Positions 1 through 8,761 are shown, numbered from the stretch's first letter. The stretch is 64,000 nucleotides of DNA from a bacterium (GCA_030603885.1 JAUVWW010000001.1:2680-66679); one strand, 5' to 3'. Numbers and translations are program-made. Notes: generated by a model from the sequence alone, not told the origin.

Positions 1-1092
1 AAACAGAAATCAGCCAAGCCCAAAGCTTGGTTTTTAGATTTTCATCCGTTTAGAGGAATAACAACCATGGAGAAGATTCTTTTAACTAGAAACCTAGCTG
101 TCATGGTTAAAGCGGGAGTTTCTCTTTCTGAAGCAATTGATATTTTAGCTCAAGATACTAAAAATTCTATTCTTAAAGAGGTGTTATCTAAAACTAAATT
201 AGATCTAGATCAGGGTTTACCTTTGTCCCATGCTTTTGCATCCTATCCTAGATTTTTTTCTAAGGTGTTTTTGGGCTTTATTAAAACAGGAGAAGCTGGA
301 GGAACCCTAGATCGTTCGTTCATGTATCTGTCTAGGCAACTTAAAAAGGAATATAATTTGACCTCCAAGATTAAAGGAGCTCTAACCTATCCTGTAATAT
401 TACTTATTACGGCTTTGGCTGTAGTTATTTTTATTGTCAGTTTTGTTTTACCTAAACTAGCCTCAGTGTTTTTTAGAACTGGGGTGGAGATTCCTTGGTT
501 TACTAGGATAATTCTTAAGGTAAGTGCTATTTTAGGTGCTCATCCTCTCTTAAGCATTGTCTATTTAGGCATACTGGCAGCTTTGGTGACTTACTTTATT
601 CGAACAAGGAAAGGTAGGAATACCTTAAGAGTTATTGCTTCAAAAGTTCCAAGAATAGCTGATCTTCTTAAGAAAATTGACATTATGAGATTTTCTCGAA
701 CTTTTAGTTGGCTCCTAAAAAGCGGCATGCCTATTTTGGAAGCTTTGGATATTGCATCAAGTTCTGTAGAAAGCGTTGCTTACAAGAAAGCTATTTTAGG
801 TTTTAAAGAAAAGATAAAAAAGGGCATGACTTTGAGTATTGTCTTAGGAGACGAGCCTAAACTTTTTCCTGGGCTCATAGTCAGTATAATAAGGGTAGGA
901 GAGAAGACTGGCACTCATGAGCAAGCCCTTCTTCAGGTAGCTAAATTTTATGAAGAGGAAACAAGCGTCGTCTTAGAGAATCTACTAACCTTGATTGAGC
1001 CTATTCTTTTGATGTTGATGGGACTTTTTGTCGCTGGGATAGCTCTTTCTATTGTGGTACCTATTTATCAGCTAGTCACAATCATTGGGTAA
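1..1092 (+). CDS. pilC: Type IV pilus assembly protein PilC / GspF-family platform protein (5'-partial, runs off window start)
   Basis: Reading frame is open from nt 1 with no stop before the listed ATG at 67. Multi-TM protein with GspF/T2SSF-type repeat (LSEAIDILAQD ... MPILEALDIASSSVESV). Sits directly upstream of pilin genes. Confidence 0.8.
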   Translation, partial: KQKSAKPKAWFLDFHPFRGITTMEKILLTRNLAVMVKAGVSLSEAIDILAQDTKNSILKEVLSKTKLDLDQGLPLSHAFASYPRFFSKVFLGFIKTGEAGGTLDRSFMYLSRQLKKEYNLTSKIKGALTYPVILLITALAVVIFIVSFVLPKLASVFFRTGVEIPWFTRIILKVSAILGAHPLLSIVYLGILAALVTYFIRTRKGRNTLRVIASKVPRIADLLKKIDIMRFSRTFSWLLKSGMPILEALDIASSSVESVAYKKAILGFKEKIKKGMTLSIVLGDEPKLFPGLIVSIIRVGEKTGTHEQALLQVAKFYEEETSVVLENLLTLIEPILLMLMGLFVAGIALSIVVPIYQLVTIIG

Positions 1093-1140
1093 AATCATCT
1101 AAACATATAATACATAACATGTAACATATAATGCTGTTCC

Positions 1141-1617
1141 ATGAATTCAAAAGGTTTTACTCTCATTGAAACCCTCATTGTCATAACCATCATTGGTATT
1201 CTGGCTGTGGTTGGTTTTATTTCTTATACTTCTTTTCAACGTTCAATTGAGATAGAATCTGTGGCAAGGCAGACAGTAGATACTTTAAGAGAAGCTCAAA
1301 GCAAAACTATGGCTGGAGAGGAGCTATCTCAGTGGGGAGTCCATTTTGAAACAGATAAGTTTGTTTTGTTTTATGGATCAAGCTACGATCCTAACGAATT
1401 AAAGAATCAGGTAAATGGATTGTCTTCCGCGGTCAAGATAAGTAATATTACTTTGAGTGGGGGAGGGAGTGATGTTGTTTTTGATAAGCTAGAAGGAACT
1501 ACTTCAAACTTTGGTACAGGAGCTAATGATGCAGCTTTGCGAGTAGAATTGGCGACTCAATCTTCTACTTATAAAACAATCACTATTACCCAAGTAGGAA
1601 AGATAAATATAGAATAA
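1141..1617 (+). CDS. Type IV pilin (prepilin-type N-terminal cleavage/methylation domain)
   Basis: N-terminus MNSKGFTLIETLIVITIIGILAVVGF matches the class III signal G|FTLIE with Glu at +5, followed by a hydrophobic helix. Size 158 aa. Confidence 0.8.
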   Translation: MNSKGFTLIETLIVITIIGILAVVGFISYTSFQRSIEIESVARQTVDTLREAQSKTMAGEELSQWGVHFETDKFVLFYGSSYDPNELKNQVNGLSSAVKISNITLSGGGSDVVFDKLEGTTSNFGTGANDAALRVELATQSSTYKTITITQVGKINIE

Positions 1618-1653
1618 GGAAACGCTTTTTGCTTTTAGTTTTTATTTTTTACA

Positions 1654-3576
1654 ATGCCTAAACGCTTAAATGTTAAAACAAAGAAAGGGCAAATAACTAT
1701 AGAATTACTTATAGCCTTGATTGTGGGAGGCTTAATTTTGCTTACCGCAGGCCAGCTTATTTTTGTTTCTTTGCAATCGAGCAGAGCAGGCGATAAACAG
1801 AACATTGCTTTAGGTTTAGCTCAGGAAGGTCAAGCAGCAGTTCGAGCCATAAAAGATGAGGATTGGAATAATATTTATAACTTGACCAAAGGTAGTTCTT
1901 ATCATCCAACACACAACGGAGGAGGTTGGAGCTTATCTGCTGGCACAGACGAGCCGATTTCTGGATATACTCGTTCTATAGTAATAGATAATGTCCAGAG
2001 AGACGAGTCTGGAAACATAGTTGAGTCTGGAGGTACTGATGATCCCTCTACTCAGAAAGTGGCAGTAACTGTGACTGCCAATGATATGAGAGATATAGTC
2101 TTAGTTGAATATATCACCTTTTGGAGAAATGAGATCTGGACTCAGACTGATTGGTCAGGAGGGGATGGACAGACTATTTGGTTAGACGATACCAAATATG
2201 ATAGCGATGATAATAATGTAGAGGTCAATGATCCACCCGGTGATCTTAAATTGGCTCCTGGTGGAACTTGGGCTAATGCTTGTATTAGATCAGAAACTAA
2301 ATTTCCTTCAGCTGGGCTCTCTAATGATGTCTTTGTTGTTGGTAACTATGCTTATTTAACAGTGAATGTCAATGTGGCTGGACTGCAGATCTTTGATGTT
2401 TCTGATTCGCAAAATCCATTCCATGTAGGTAGTAAAAATCTGGGCAATTTTGGAACAGGTGTAGAAGTTTCAGGAAATTATGCCTTTTTAAGCGTTAACC
2501 AATATGACGAAGGATTCCAGGTGTTGGATGTCTCCGATCCTTATCATCCAGAAGTAAAAGCAAGAGTAGATATCGGCAGTAGAGGAAATGATATCTATGT
2601 TTCTGGGAATTATGCCTATTTAGCTGTAGATAGTACTACCAAAGGATTTCAAATTTGGAATGTTTCTAATCCTGAAAGTCCGATTTTAGAATCAGAAGTC
2701 GATTTAGATGGCTTTTCTGCAAATGGAGTTTTTGTCTTGGGTAGTTATGCTTATGTGGCTTGTAGTAAAGCAAATGAAGGACTAAAGATTTATGATGTTT
2801 CTAATCCTTCGAGTCCTGAGCTGAAATCCACTACTGATCTTGGAAAGTCTGCCAATTATGCCTTTGTGGCTGGGGATTATGCCTTTTTAGCTATAGACTC
2901 ACAAAGCGAAGGTTTAAAGATTTATGACTTCTTTATTCCTGAAAGTCCTGTACTTAAATACACTATTGGTGTTGATGGAAAGGGCAATGATACCTTTGTT
3001 GATGAACATTATCTGTTTGTAGCCATTGATAATAATCCTTACGGAGTAAAGATATTTGATATTTCTGGTCTGCCCGACTCGCCACCTGAAGAATTAGCCA
3101 CGGTTGATATTGGAGCTGCTGCCACAGGAGTTCATGTTCACAATAATATTCTTTATATCTCTTCTAAAGAGCCAACCAAATCATTTAAGATTGTCACTCA
3201 AGGTGGATGTGAGGAGGGGGAGCCAAATTATAAACTTTCTGGTTATCTAATTTCTTCTGCTTTTAACTCTGGATCTTTTAGTAGATTTAACTCCATTTCT
3301 TGGTTAGAGACTATACCTACTGAAGCAGAAAATATTAAATTCCAGATAAAAACTGCTTCTGATGTGGGAGGCTCACCAAGTGAGTGGTCTTTAACTTGGT
3401 CTGGACCAGAAGGAGAAGACGGTGATGAGACAGATTATTTTGAGGCAGCCTCAGGTGAGACCATTCATTTAGATCATTGGGGGGATCAGTGGATAAAATA
3501 TAAAGTTATTCTGACTGGTAATGGAAACAATACACCAATACTCCACGAGGTAGCTATTAATTTTACTATTTATTAA
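1654..3576 (+). CDS. Large pilin-like protein: prepilin-type N-terminus fused to a seven-blade LVIVD-repeat beta-propeller; candidate pilus-associated adhesin
   Basis: N-terminus KKGQITIELLIALIVGGLILL (G|QITIE, Glu at +5). Seven repeats of the form Y-A-[YF]-L-[AST]-V-x(5-7)-G-[LF]-[QK]-I-[FWY]-[DN]-V-S-[DN] (e.g. YAYLTVNVNVAGLQIFDVSD, YAFLSVNQYDEGFQVLDVSD, YAYLAVDSTTKGFQIWNVSN), characteristic of LVIVD repeats. Confidence 0.6.
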   Translation: MPKRLNVKTKKGQITIELLIALIVGGLILLTAGQLIFVSLQSSRAGDKQNIALGLAQEGQAAVRAIKDEDWNNIYNLTKGSSYHPTHNGGGWSLSAGTDEPISGYTRSIVIDNVQRDESGNIVESGGTDDPSTQKVAVTVTANDMRDIVLVEYITFWRNEIWTQTDWSGGDGQTIWLDDTKYDSDDNNVEVNDPPGDLKLAPGGTWANACIRSETKFPSAGLSNDVFVVGNYAYLTVNVNVAGLQIFDVSDSQNPFHVGSKNLGNFGTGVEVSGNYAFLSVNQYDEGFQVLDVSDPYHPEVKARVDIGSRGNDIYVSGNYAYLAVDSTTKGFQIWNVSNPESPILESEVDLDGFSANGVFVLGSYAYVACSKANEGLKIYDVSNPSSPELKSTTDLGKSANYAFVAGDYAFLAIDSQSEGLKIYDFFIPESPVLKYTIGVDGKGNDTFVDEHYLFVAIDNNPYGVKIFDISGLPDSPPEELATVDIGAAATGVHVHNNILYISSKEPTKSFKIVTQGGCEEGEPNYKLSGYLISSAFNSGSFSRFNSISWLETIPTEAENIKFQIKTASDVGGSPSEWSLTWSGPEGEDGDETDYFEAASGETIHLDHWGDQWIKYKVILTGNGNNTPILHEVAINFTIY

Positions 3577-4086
3577 ATGAAAAAATTAACTAAGACAAAG
3601 GGTTTTACCCTCATTGAGCTCCTCATTTATATTGCTATTCTCGTCTTTGTTTTAGTCCTTGTCTCTGGAATGATAGTAATCACTTTGCATACCCGGGATC
3701 GTATAAAAGTTACCACAGAAGTTCAGCAGAATTTGATATTCTCCATCGAGAAAATAGCTTATGCTACGAGAAAAGCTTTAGATGTAAATTTACCAGATGA
3801 TAATTCTTCTGGTTCTACTTTAAGTCTAGCCATGGCAGATGCGGATGTTAATCCTACGGTCTTTAGTGTCTCGGATGGGGTTCTCCAAATAAAAGAAGGA
3901 ACGAGTGATGTTCAAGATCTAACTACAGACAAAGTTACAGTTTCATCTATCATCTTTTATCAAGTCAACAACACAGGGGCAAAACCAACAGTTCAGATTA
4001 GCTTAGCCATTGACTACAATGCCGGAGGAAATCCTTATCTTCAAGCCTCGTCCTCCAGGCAGACAACAATATCATTGAGACAATGA
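3577..4086 (+). CDS. Prepilin-type pseudopilin / minor pilin
   Basis: N-terminus MKKLTKTKGFTLIELLIYIAILVFVLVLV (G|FTLIE motif plus TM helix). Confidence 0.7.
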   Translation: MKKLTKTKGFTLIELLIYIAILVFVLVLVSGMIVITLHTRDRIKVTTEVQQNLIFSIEKIAYATRKALDVNLPDDNSSGSTLSLAMADADVNPTVFSVSDGVLQIKEGTSDVQDLTTDKVTVSSIIFYQVNNTGAKPTVQISLAIDYNAGGNPYLQASSSRQTTISLRQ

Positions 4087-4517
4087 AAAGTTACAAGTTA
4101 CAAGTTACAAATTACAAATTACAGTGGGGTATCGCTGCTCTTCCTGCTATTTTAGCTATCTCAGCAATAATCTTAATTATTGGTCTGGCTATTGCTTTTT
4201 CTGGAAGAGTGGAAAGTAGTATTTCAGCCAGTCACAGAGATTCTGGTATGGCTTTTCATGTTGCTGAAGCAGGAATTCATGACGCTGAAATAAAAATTGT
4301 AAGAAACCCAGATTTTGAAGACCTGGTAGGCTATACATTGACTGTTGGTGATGGAACTACTACAATAACGGTGGATAAAGACGTACCCTCTTCAGGAAAA
4401 ACTACTATTATATCCCAAGGAGAAGTTAAAAACATAAAACGCAAGATAAGAGTAATTGTAGATGTAGATCCTCAAGGGAAGGTGACTTTGTATTCTTGGG
4501 AAGAAATGACTGATTAG
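4083..4517 (+). CDS. Minor pilin-like protein (PilX-like N-terminal domain)
   Basis: Hydrophobic N-terminal helix AALPAILAISAIILIIGLAIAF, then SxxxSxxHRDSGMAFHVAEAG resembling PilX_N. Overlaps the upstream stop (ATGA). Start region carries a heptanucleotide tandem repeat. Confidence 0.5.
   Translation: MKSYKLQVTNYKLQWGIAALPAILAISAIILIIGLAIAFSGRVESSISASHRDSGMAFHVAEAGIHDAEIKIVRNPDFEDLVGYTLTVGDGTTTITVDKDVPSSGKTTIISQGEVKNIKRKIRVIVDVDPQGKVTLYSWEEMTD
4089..4123 (+). repeat. Tandem heptanucleotide repeat (AGTTACA)x3 + (AATTACA)x2 inside the first 14 codons of the minor pilin gene
   Basis: Sequence agttaca agttaca agttaca aattaca aattaca read directly. The 7-nt unit is not a multiple of 3. Confidence 0.85.
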
Positions 4518-4586
4518 CTTATCGCCTATCGCACATCGCTTATCGCAGTTCGATTAGTGATAAGCAATTAGCCATAAGTAAGTATT

Positions 4587-6083
4587 ATGAGAGTATTCGA
4601 TCTACTAATTCCAAAAGAACGAATATTTGGTCTTGAAATCCAAGAAAGCAGGCTTAGAGCAGTACTTTTGCATTCTGTAAGACAGAAGGTAGTTTTGATC
4701 TCTTCAGGCGAAATAAGACTAAAAAAAGACACTATCATTAAGGGGAAAGTAAAAGATAAAAAAGCATTGATTTTAGCTTTAAGAAAATTGTTTAGGGCAG
4801 CAAAACCCTCTATAAAAACCCCTTATTGTATAGTCTCTCTTCCAGAATCTCTAGTCTTTACTCAAACTTTCCAGTTTCCACCTCTACCCCAAGAACAAAT
4901 CACACAGGCTATTAAATCTGACGTTTCTTTATTTCCCTATCCGCTAGATAAAGCTTACATGGATTGGCAAGAGGTAAAAGCACCAAATATTGAGGGTAAA
5001 ATAGAGTTGCTCATAGCCCAAGGCCCAAAAAATAAAATCGATCCTTATCTTGAAGCCCTAGATGAAGCTGGGTTAATACCCATAGCTTTTGAAATGCCTT
5101 CTATTAGTCTTTCTCGTATCGTGGACAAACCTCAAAAAGGAGCTTCTCTAGGTATTTATTTAACCCAAGATGGCATTGTTAGTTTGGTTTTTAAAGAAGG
5201 TGATCTGAGATTTGGTCGTTTTTTGAGCTTTAAAGAAGAAATACCTAAGGTAGAAAAAATAGATATCCAATCAGATGAGGTTAGAAAAACTTTAGTAAAT
5301 GAAATTAGAAGAGTTATCACTTTTTATCAATCCCAAAGGAAAGTCAAGGTCTCTTTCTCTTCTATTTTTATTTGTGGAGAGAAAGGCAAAATTTCTAAAC
5401 TAGCCAAGTATGTAACTGGTCAGCTTCAGATAAAAACATCTCAGGCCCAAGCTTTTATTAATATTAAAAAAATAGATTTTATTAAAGAGGATTCCTCTTG
5501 GCTGCCAGTCGTAGGATGTGCTCTTAGAGGTCTTGTTTCTCGCAAAGAGGATAATTTTATTAGTCTTTTGCCCGTAGGTACTGAAGAGGCTTACGAGACT
5601 AAGAAAAGGGTAGCCTTTGCTTCACTTTGGGGCAATATTATTACCACTCTGACAGTGGTTTTGGTAATCATCTTTGTTAGTATGTGGTTTTTACTTCATT
5701 ATCTCGTTCAGACTACAGACGAACAGTTGAATTTGCGTGCTCAAATTCCTATCCCTGAAGAAACATCAAGGCTAGAGACAGAGGCTTTAGAATTTAATGA
5801 AAGAATAGAGATAATGAAGGAAATACAAAAAGATATTTTACCTTTCTCGCCTATATTGGCTGAGATTAAAAATCTTATTCCAGAGGGTATAACTTTGAAT
5901 GGCCTTAATATTTTCTCTAAAGAGGCCGAGGTGATACTTCAAGGTAAGGCAGACACAAGAAAGCATCTTATTGCTTTAAAAGATAATCTTGAATCTTCTT
6001 TATTGTTTAAGAGTATAAACATGCCTCTGGCTAGCATAGAAAAGAAAGAAAACATTGAATTCAACATTTCTTTTAGTTTTTAA
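4587..6083 (+). CDS. pilMN: Type IV pilus assembly PilM-PilN fusion protein
   Basis: N-terminal ~330 aa is actin-like PilM (IFGLEIQESRLRAVLL...). An internal TM helix (IITTLTVVLVIIFVSMWFLLHYL) is followed by a PilN-like periplasmic region. Lies between pilin genes and pilO. Confidence 0.65.
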   Translation: MRVFDLLIPKERIFGLEIQESRLRAVLLHSVRQKVVLISSGEIRLKKDTIIKGKVKDKKALILALRKLFRAAKPSIKTPYCIVSLPESLVFTQTFQFPPLPQEQITQAIKSDVSLFPYPLDKAYMDWQEVKAPNIEGKIELLIAQGPKNKIDPYLEALDEAGLIPIAFEMPSISLSRIVDKPQKGASLGIYLTQDGIVSLVFKEGDLRFGRFLSFKEEIPKVEKIDIQSDEVRKTLVNEIRRVITFYQSQRKVKVSFSSIFICGEKGKISKLAKYVTGQLQIKTSQAQAFINIKKIDFIKEDSSWLPVVGCALRGLVSRKEDNFISLLPVGTEEAYETKKRVAFASLWGNIITTLTVVLVIIFVSMWFLLHYLVQTTDEQLNLRAQIPIPEETSRLETEALEFNERIEIMKEIQKDILPFSPILAEIKNLIPEGITLNGLNIFSKEAEVILQGKADTRKHLIALKDNLESSLLFKSINMPLASIEKKENIEFNISFSF

Positions 6084-6087
6084 AAAG

Positions 6088-6660
6088 ATGCCTCACACAA
6101 CAGGTGAAATAAAGGTTTTAGAATTTGAAAAAGGTCGAGGTCGAAAGAAAATAATAAGGACAGTTATAGGGACTGTGGCTGTGCTTATTTTAGGAATAGT
6201 AGCTATTTCTTTTACAGCAAGACAGATTGTTTTAGCCTCAAAAACTTTGCAGGAAAAAAGAAGCCTACTTTATGTCTGGGAAAAGAGAGATGAGACCTTA
6301 ACTTCTTTAAAAGAAGACTTTAAAAAGATAGAAGAAGATCTTCCCCAGGTTAAAAAAGCCCTACCTAAAGAAGAAGAAATAATAGATTTTATAGCTGCTT
6401 TAGAAAATGTGGCATTAAGTGCAGGAATTGAGCAGACCATCCATTTCGAACCAAAAACAAAAGATAAAGCTGGAGCTTATCCTATTATTGTTTGCAAAGT
6501 CGATCTTGGAGGAAATTTAGATTCAACCATTAGATATCTATCTGAGGTGGAAGGCTTGGTTTATTTTGTTAAATTTAATAATTTAGATATGATAGGAGAA
6601 GAAAATATACAGAAAAGCTCTGAGGCAAAACTTCTGTCAGAGATTTATATTAAAGAATAG
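6088..6660 (+). CDS. pilO: Type IV pilus assembly protein PilO-like (single-pass membrane, coiled-coil)
   Basis: Probable start at the second Met (ATG 6088), just after the pilMN stop at 6081-6083. Single TM (VIGTVAVLILGIVAISF), then coiled-coil and a C-terminal alpha/beta region. Operon context. Confidence 0.5.
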   Translation: MPHTTGEIKVLEFEKGRGRKKIIRTVIGTVAVLILGIVAISFTARQIVLASKTLQEKRSLLYVWEKRDETLTSLKEDFKKIEEDLPQVKKALPKEEEIIDFIAALENVALSAGIEQTIHFEPKTKDKAGAYPIIVCKVDLGGNLDSTIRYLSEVEGLVYFVKFNNLDMIGEENIQKSSEAKLLSEIYIKE

Positions 6661-6671
6661 CAAAGAAAACC

Positions 6672-6884
6672 ATGAGAATTCTTGGCTCTAAATATACTTA
6701 TACTATTATTAGTAGTCTGCTGATACTGATTTTAGTGATCATTTTAGTTATCTCAACAAGATTCTTATATCAGGCCACACAAAGTGCTTTTCAGATAGAT
6801 CCTAGTTTGATTGAAGCTAAGACAATTAAGTTTGATTTAGAAGGATATGAGCAAGTTTTACCAAAAATAAAATCTACTAATTAA
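6672..6884 (+). CDS. Small single-TM protein, hypothetical (possible pilus assembly accessory)
   Basis: 70-aa ORF with TM helix IISSLLILILVIILVI immediately after pilO. Confidence 0.3.
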   Translation: MRILGSKYTYTIISSLLILILVIILVISTRFLYQATQSAFQIDPSLIEAKTIKFDLEGYEQVLPKIKSTN

Positions 6885-6925
6885 GAGGGATATTAGGGGA
6901 ATCCTTAATATCCCTTAATAATTTC

Positions 6926-7087
6926 ATGGGAGAATTTATCCAAGAGGAAGCAAAAAAAAACAAGTTCCGGATTGGAAGGAAAATAGCTGGTTCCCTGGCT
7001 GGATTTATAGCTGGTTTTATTGCTGGGGCCATAGCAGCATCTCTCATTACCTATCTGGTAGTGATGAGATATTGCGTATTGGGATAG
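6926..7087 (+). CDS. Small membrane ORF (53 aa) not in the supplied ORF track
   Basis: ATG 6926 to TAG 7085-7087. MGEFIQEEAKKNKFRIGRKIAGSLAGFIAGFIAGAIAASLITYLVVMRYCVLG with a GxxxG-like small-residue TM helix. Confidence 0.3.
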   Translation: MGEFIQEEAKKNKFRIGRKIAGSLAGFIAGFIAGAIAASLITYLVVMRYCVLG

Positions 7088-7141
7088 AAGTTATTAGACG
7101 CAAGGTAGATTCCATTGATAAATAAGGAAGTCTATTTGGCG

Positions 7142-7170
7142 TTGTAAATATTTATTTAGTATGCTATAAT
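7142..7170 (+). promoter_or_regulatory. Sigma-70-type promoter (TTGTAA-N17-TATAAT) for the 7267 gene
   Basis: ttgtaa (7142-7147), 17-nt spacer, tataat (7165-7170), about 95 nt upstream of the start codon. Confidence 0.5.
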
Positions 7171-7266
7171 AAATAAGAAGAAAGCCTTTAATAAAGTCCG
7201 TAAATAATTTTCTGCTTCGAGTTAGTCGGAATAGAAAGGAATTTAAAGAGTCTACGGACAAAAATC

Positions 7267-8592
7267 ATGTCTAAACAGAAATACAAAAGAGCACTAATTT
7301 TTGCTCTTATCATCAGTATGGCTCTATTTTTGGGCTTGCCATCCAAAACCCAAGCTCTCTTTGATATGTGGGACACTTATTTTTTCAGAAATGACATTGT
7401 CATTCAGGGAGCCATCTATCCTGTAGGACCTATTATCCATGGAGTTCCTGGTGGAATGCCAATAGTTGTTGGAGACCATTTTGAAGTACATGGAGAAATT
7501 TCTCGTCCTTTTGGGCCAGTCATAATTAATGATAGCCTCCTAGTAAAAGATTGGTCTGTCTTTGAAGGAGATATCGATTTTAAAGAAGGGATAACAGTTG
7601 ATTTTACTAGGGTTAATGTTTTGGGACTGGCTCAAGGAGGTCTAGATACTAGTGCTAATTATGTTTGGACAGGAACCCATACCTTTAATCAACCTATTGC
7701 TGTCTCGGGTGTAGCTGGTGGTACTTGGCAGGGTAATGCTATTGCTGAAGCCTACGGAGGTACCGACCAGACAACGTATACCACAGGGGATCTACTTTAT
7801 GCCTCAGGGGTTAATACCTTAGCCAAATTAGGGATTGGCTTGGCAGGAGAAGTGTTACAGGTCTCTGGAGGTGTACCTACTTGGCAAACAATTGGTACAG
7901 TGCCTGCTCCAGGAACTCAGGGTGCAATCCTCTATGATAATGGTTCAAATTGGGTAGCTTTAGGCCCAGGAACCTCAGGTCAATTTCTTCAAACCCAAGG
8001 AGCTGGAGCTAATCCTGTTTGGGCAACCGCCGGAGGTGCAGGAGATATTACAGCGGTAGGTGATGTGGCCTCAGGAGATGCATTTACAGAAACTGCTGGT
8101 AATGACGGTAATTCCTTATGGTTTGAAGGATCAACCGCGGATGCCAATGAGATTAAATTAACCGCTCAAGATCCAGGAGCAGATTATACTATTACATTAC
8201 CAGCGCAATCGGGTACTGTTGCCTTAACTTCTGATATAACTGACTATCACTATTTAGGGGGAGGGGATACTAATTTTTCCTCTTGGGTAACTATTAATAG
8301 GACAGTTTATAATGCTGACGATTTTCCAAATAGGACCTTCTCCTATGCCGTAGTTTATACGTCGGCCAGTGCAGGTCTTGTTGCAGATGTAAGATTGTAT
8401 GATTTCACTAATAGTTCAGTAATTTCAGGATCTACTATTTCTGGTATGACAGGATCTGGACCAACCAAGTATAGCTCTGGAAGCCTTACCATGCCTAGTG
8501 GAGAGATAATAATGGAATTGCAGCTGCAACGAGCTGGTTCAGGTTCAGCAAAATCCTTTATACAAGGTGCGAGGATAAGGGCTGTTAGATAA
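7267..8592 (+). CDS. Secreted Gly/Thr/Ala-rich protein, hypothetical (surface or pilus-associated?)
   Basis: Sec signal peptide (ALIFALIISMALFLGLPSKTQA). Low-complexity G/T/S/A-rich mature region. Directly downstream of the pilus cluster. Confidence 0.5.
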   Translation: MSKQKYKRALIFALIISMALFLGLPSKTQALFDMWDTYFFRNDIVIQGAIYPVGPIIHGVPGGMPIVVGDHFEVHGEISRPFGPVIINDSLLVKDWSVFEGDIDFKEGITVDFTRVNVLGLAQGGLDTSANYVWTGTHTFNQPIAVSGVAGGTWQGNAIAEAYGGTDQTTYTTGDLLYASGVNTLAKLGIGLAGEVLQVSGGVPTWQTIGTVPAPGTQGAILYDNGSNWVALGPGTSGQFLQTQGAGANPVWATAGGAGDITAVGDVASGDAFTETAGNDGNSLWFEGSTADANEIKLTAQDPGADYTITLPAQSGTVALTSDITDYHYLGGGDTNFSSWVTINRTVYNADDFPNRTFSYAVVYTSASAGLVADVRLYDFTNSSVISGSTISGMTGSGPTKYSSGSLTMPSGEIIMELQLQRAGSGSAKSFIQGARIRAVR

Positions 8593-8687
8593 TCAGGGTT
8601 AGACAGTTAGATTAATAAGTGAGAGATTAAATTAGGAGTGGTGGAGCAACATTTGAGATTTTTATAACTGTTTATCGTTTAAAAGGC

Positions 8688-8715
8688 TTGACAGCCTTTT
8701 TTATTTTGCTAAAAT
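8688..8715 (+). promoter_or_regulatory. Promoter of the hrcA-grpE-dnaK operon (TTGACA-N16-TAAAAT)
   Basis: ttgaca 8688-8693, 16-nt spacer, taaaat 8710-8715. CIRCE follows immediately. Confidence 0.55.
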
Positions 8716-8719
8716 AAGA

Positions 8720-8746
8720 TTAGCACTCTCAAAGTCGGAGTGCTAA
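8720..8746 (+). promoter_or_regulatory. CIRCE operator (HrcA binding site), perfect consensus
   Basis: TTAGCACTC-tcaaagtcg-GAGTGCTAA, a 9-bp inverted repeat with 9-nt spacer, read directly. 16 nt upstream of the hrcA start. Confidence 0.9.
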
Positions 8747-8761
8747 TCTTAAACCATTATC

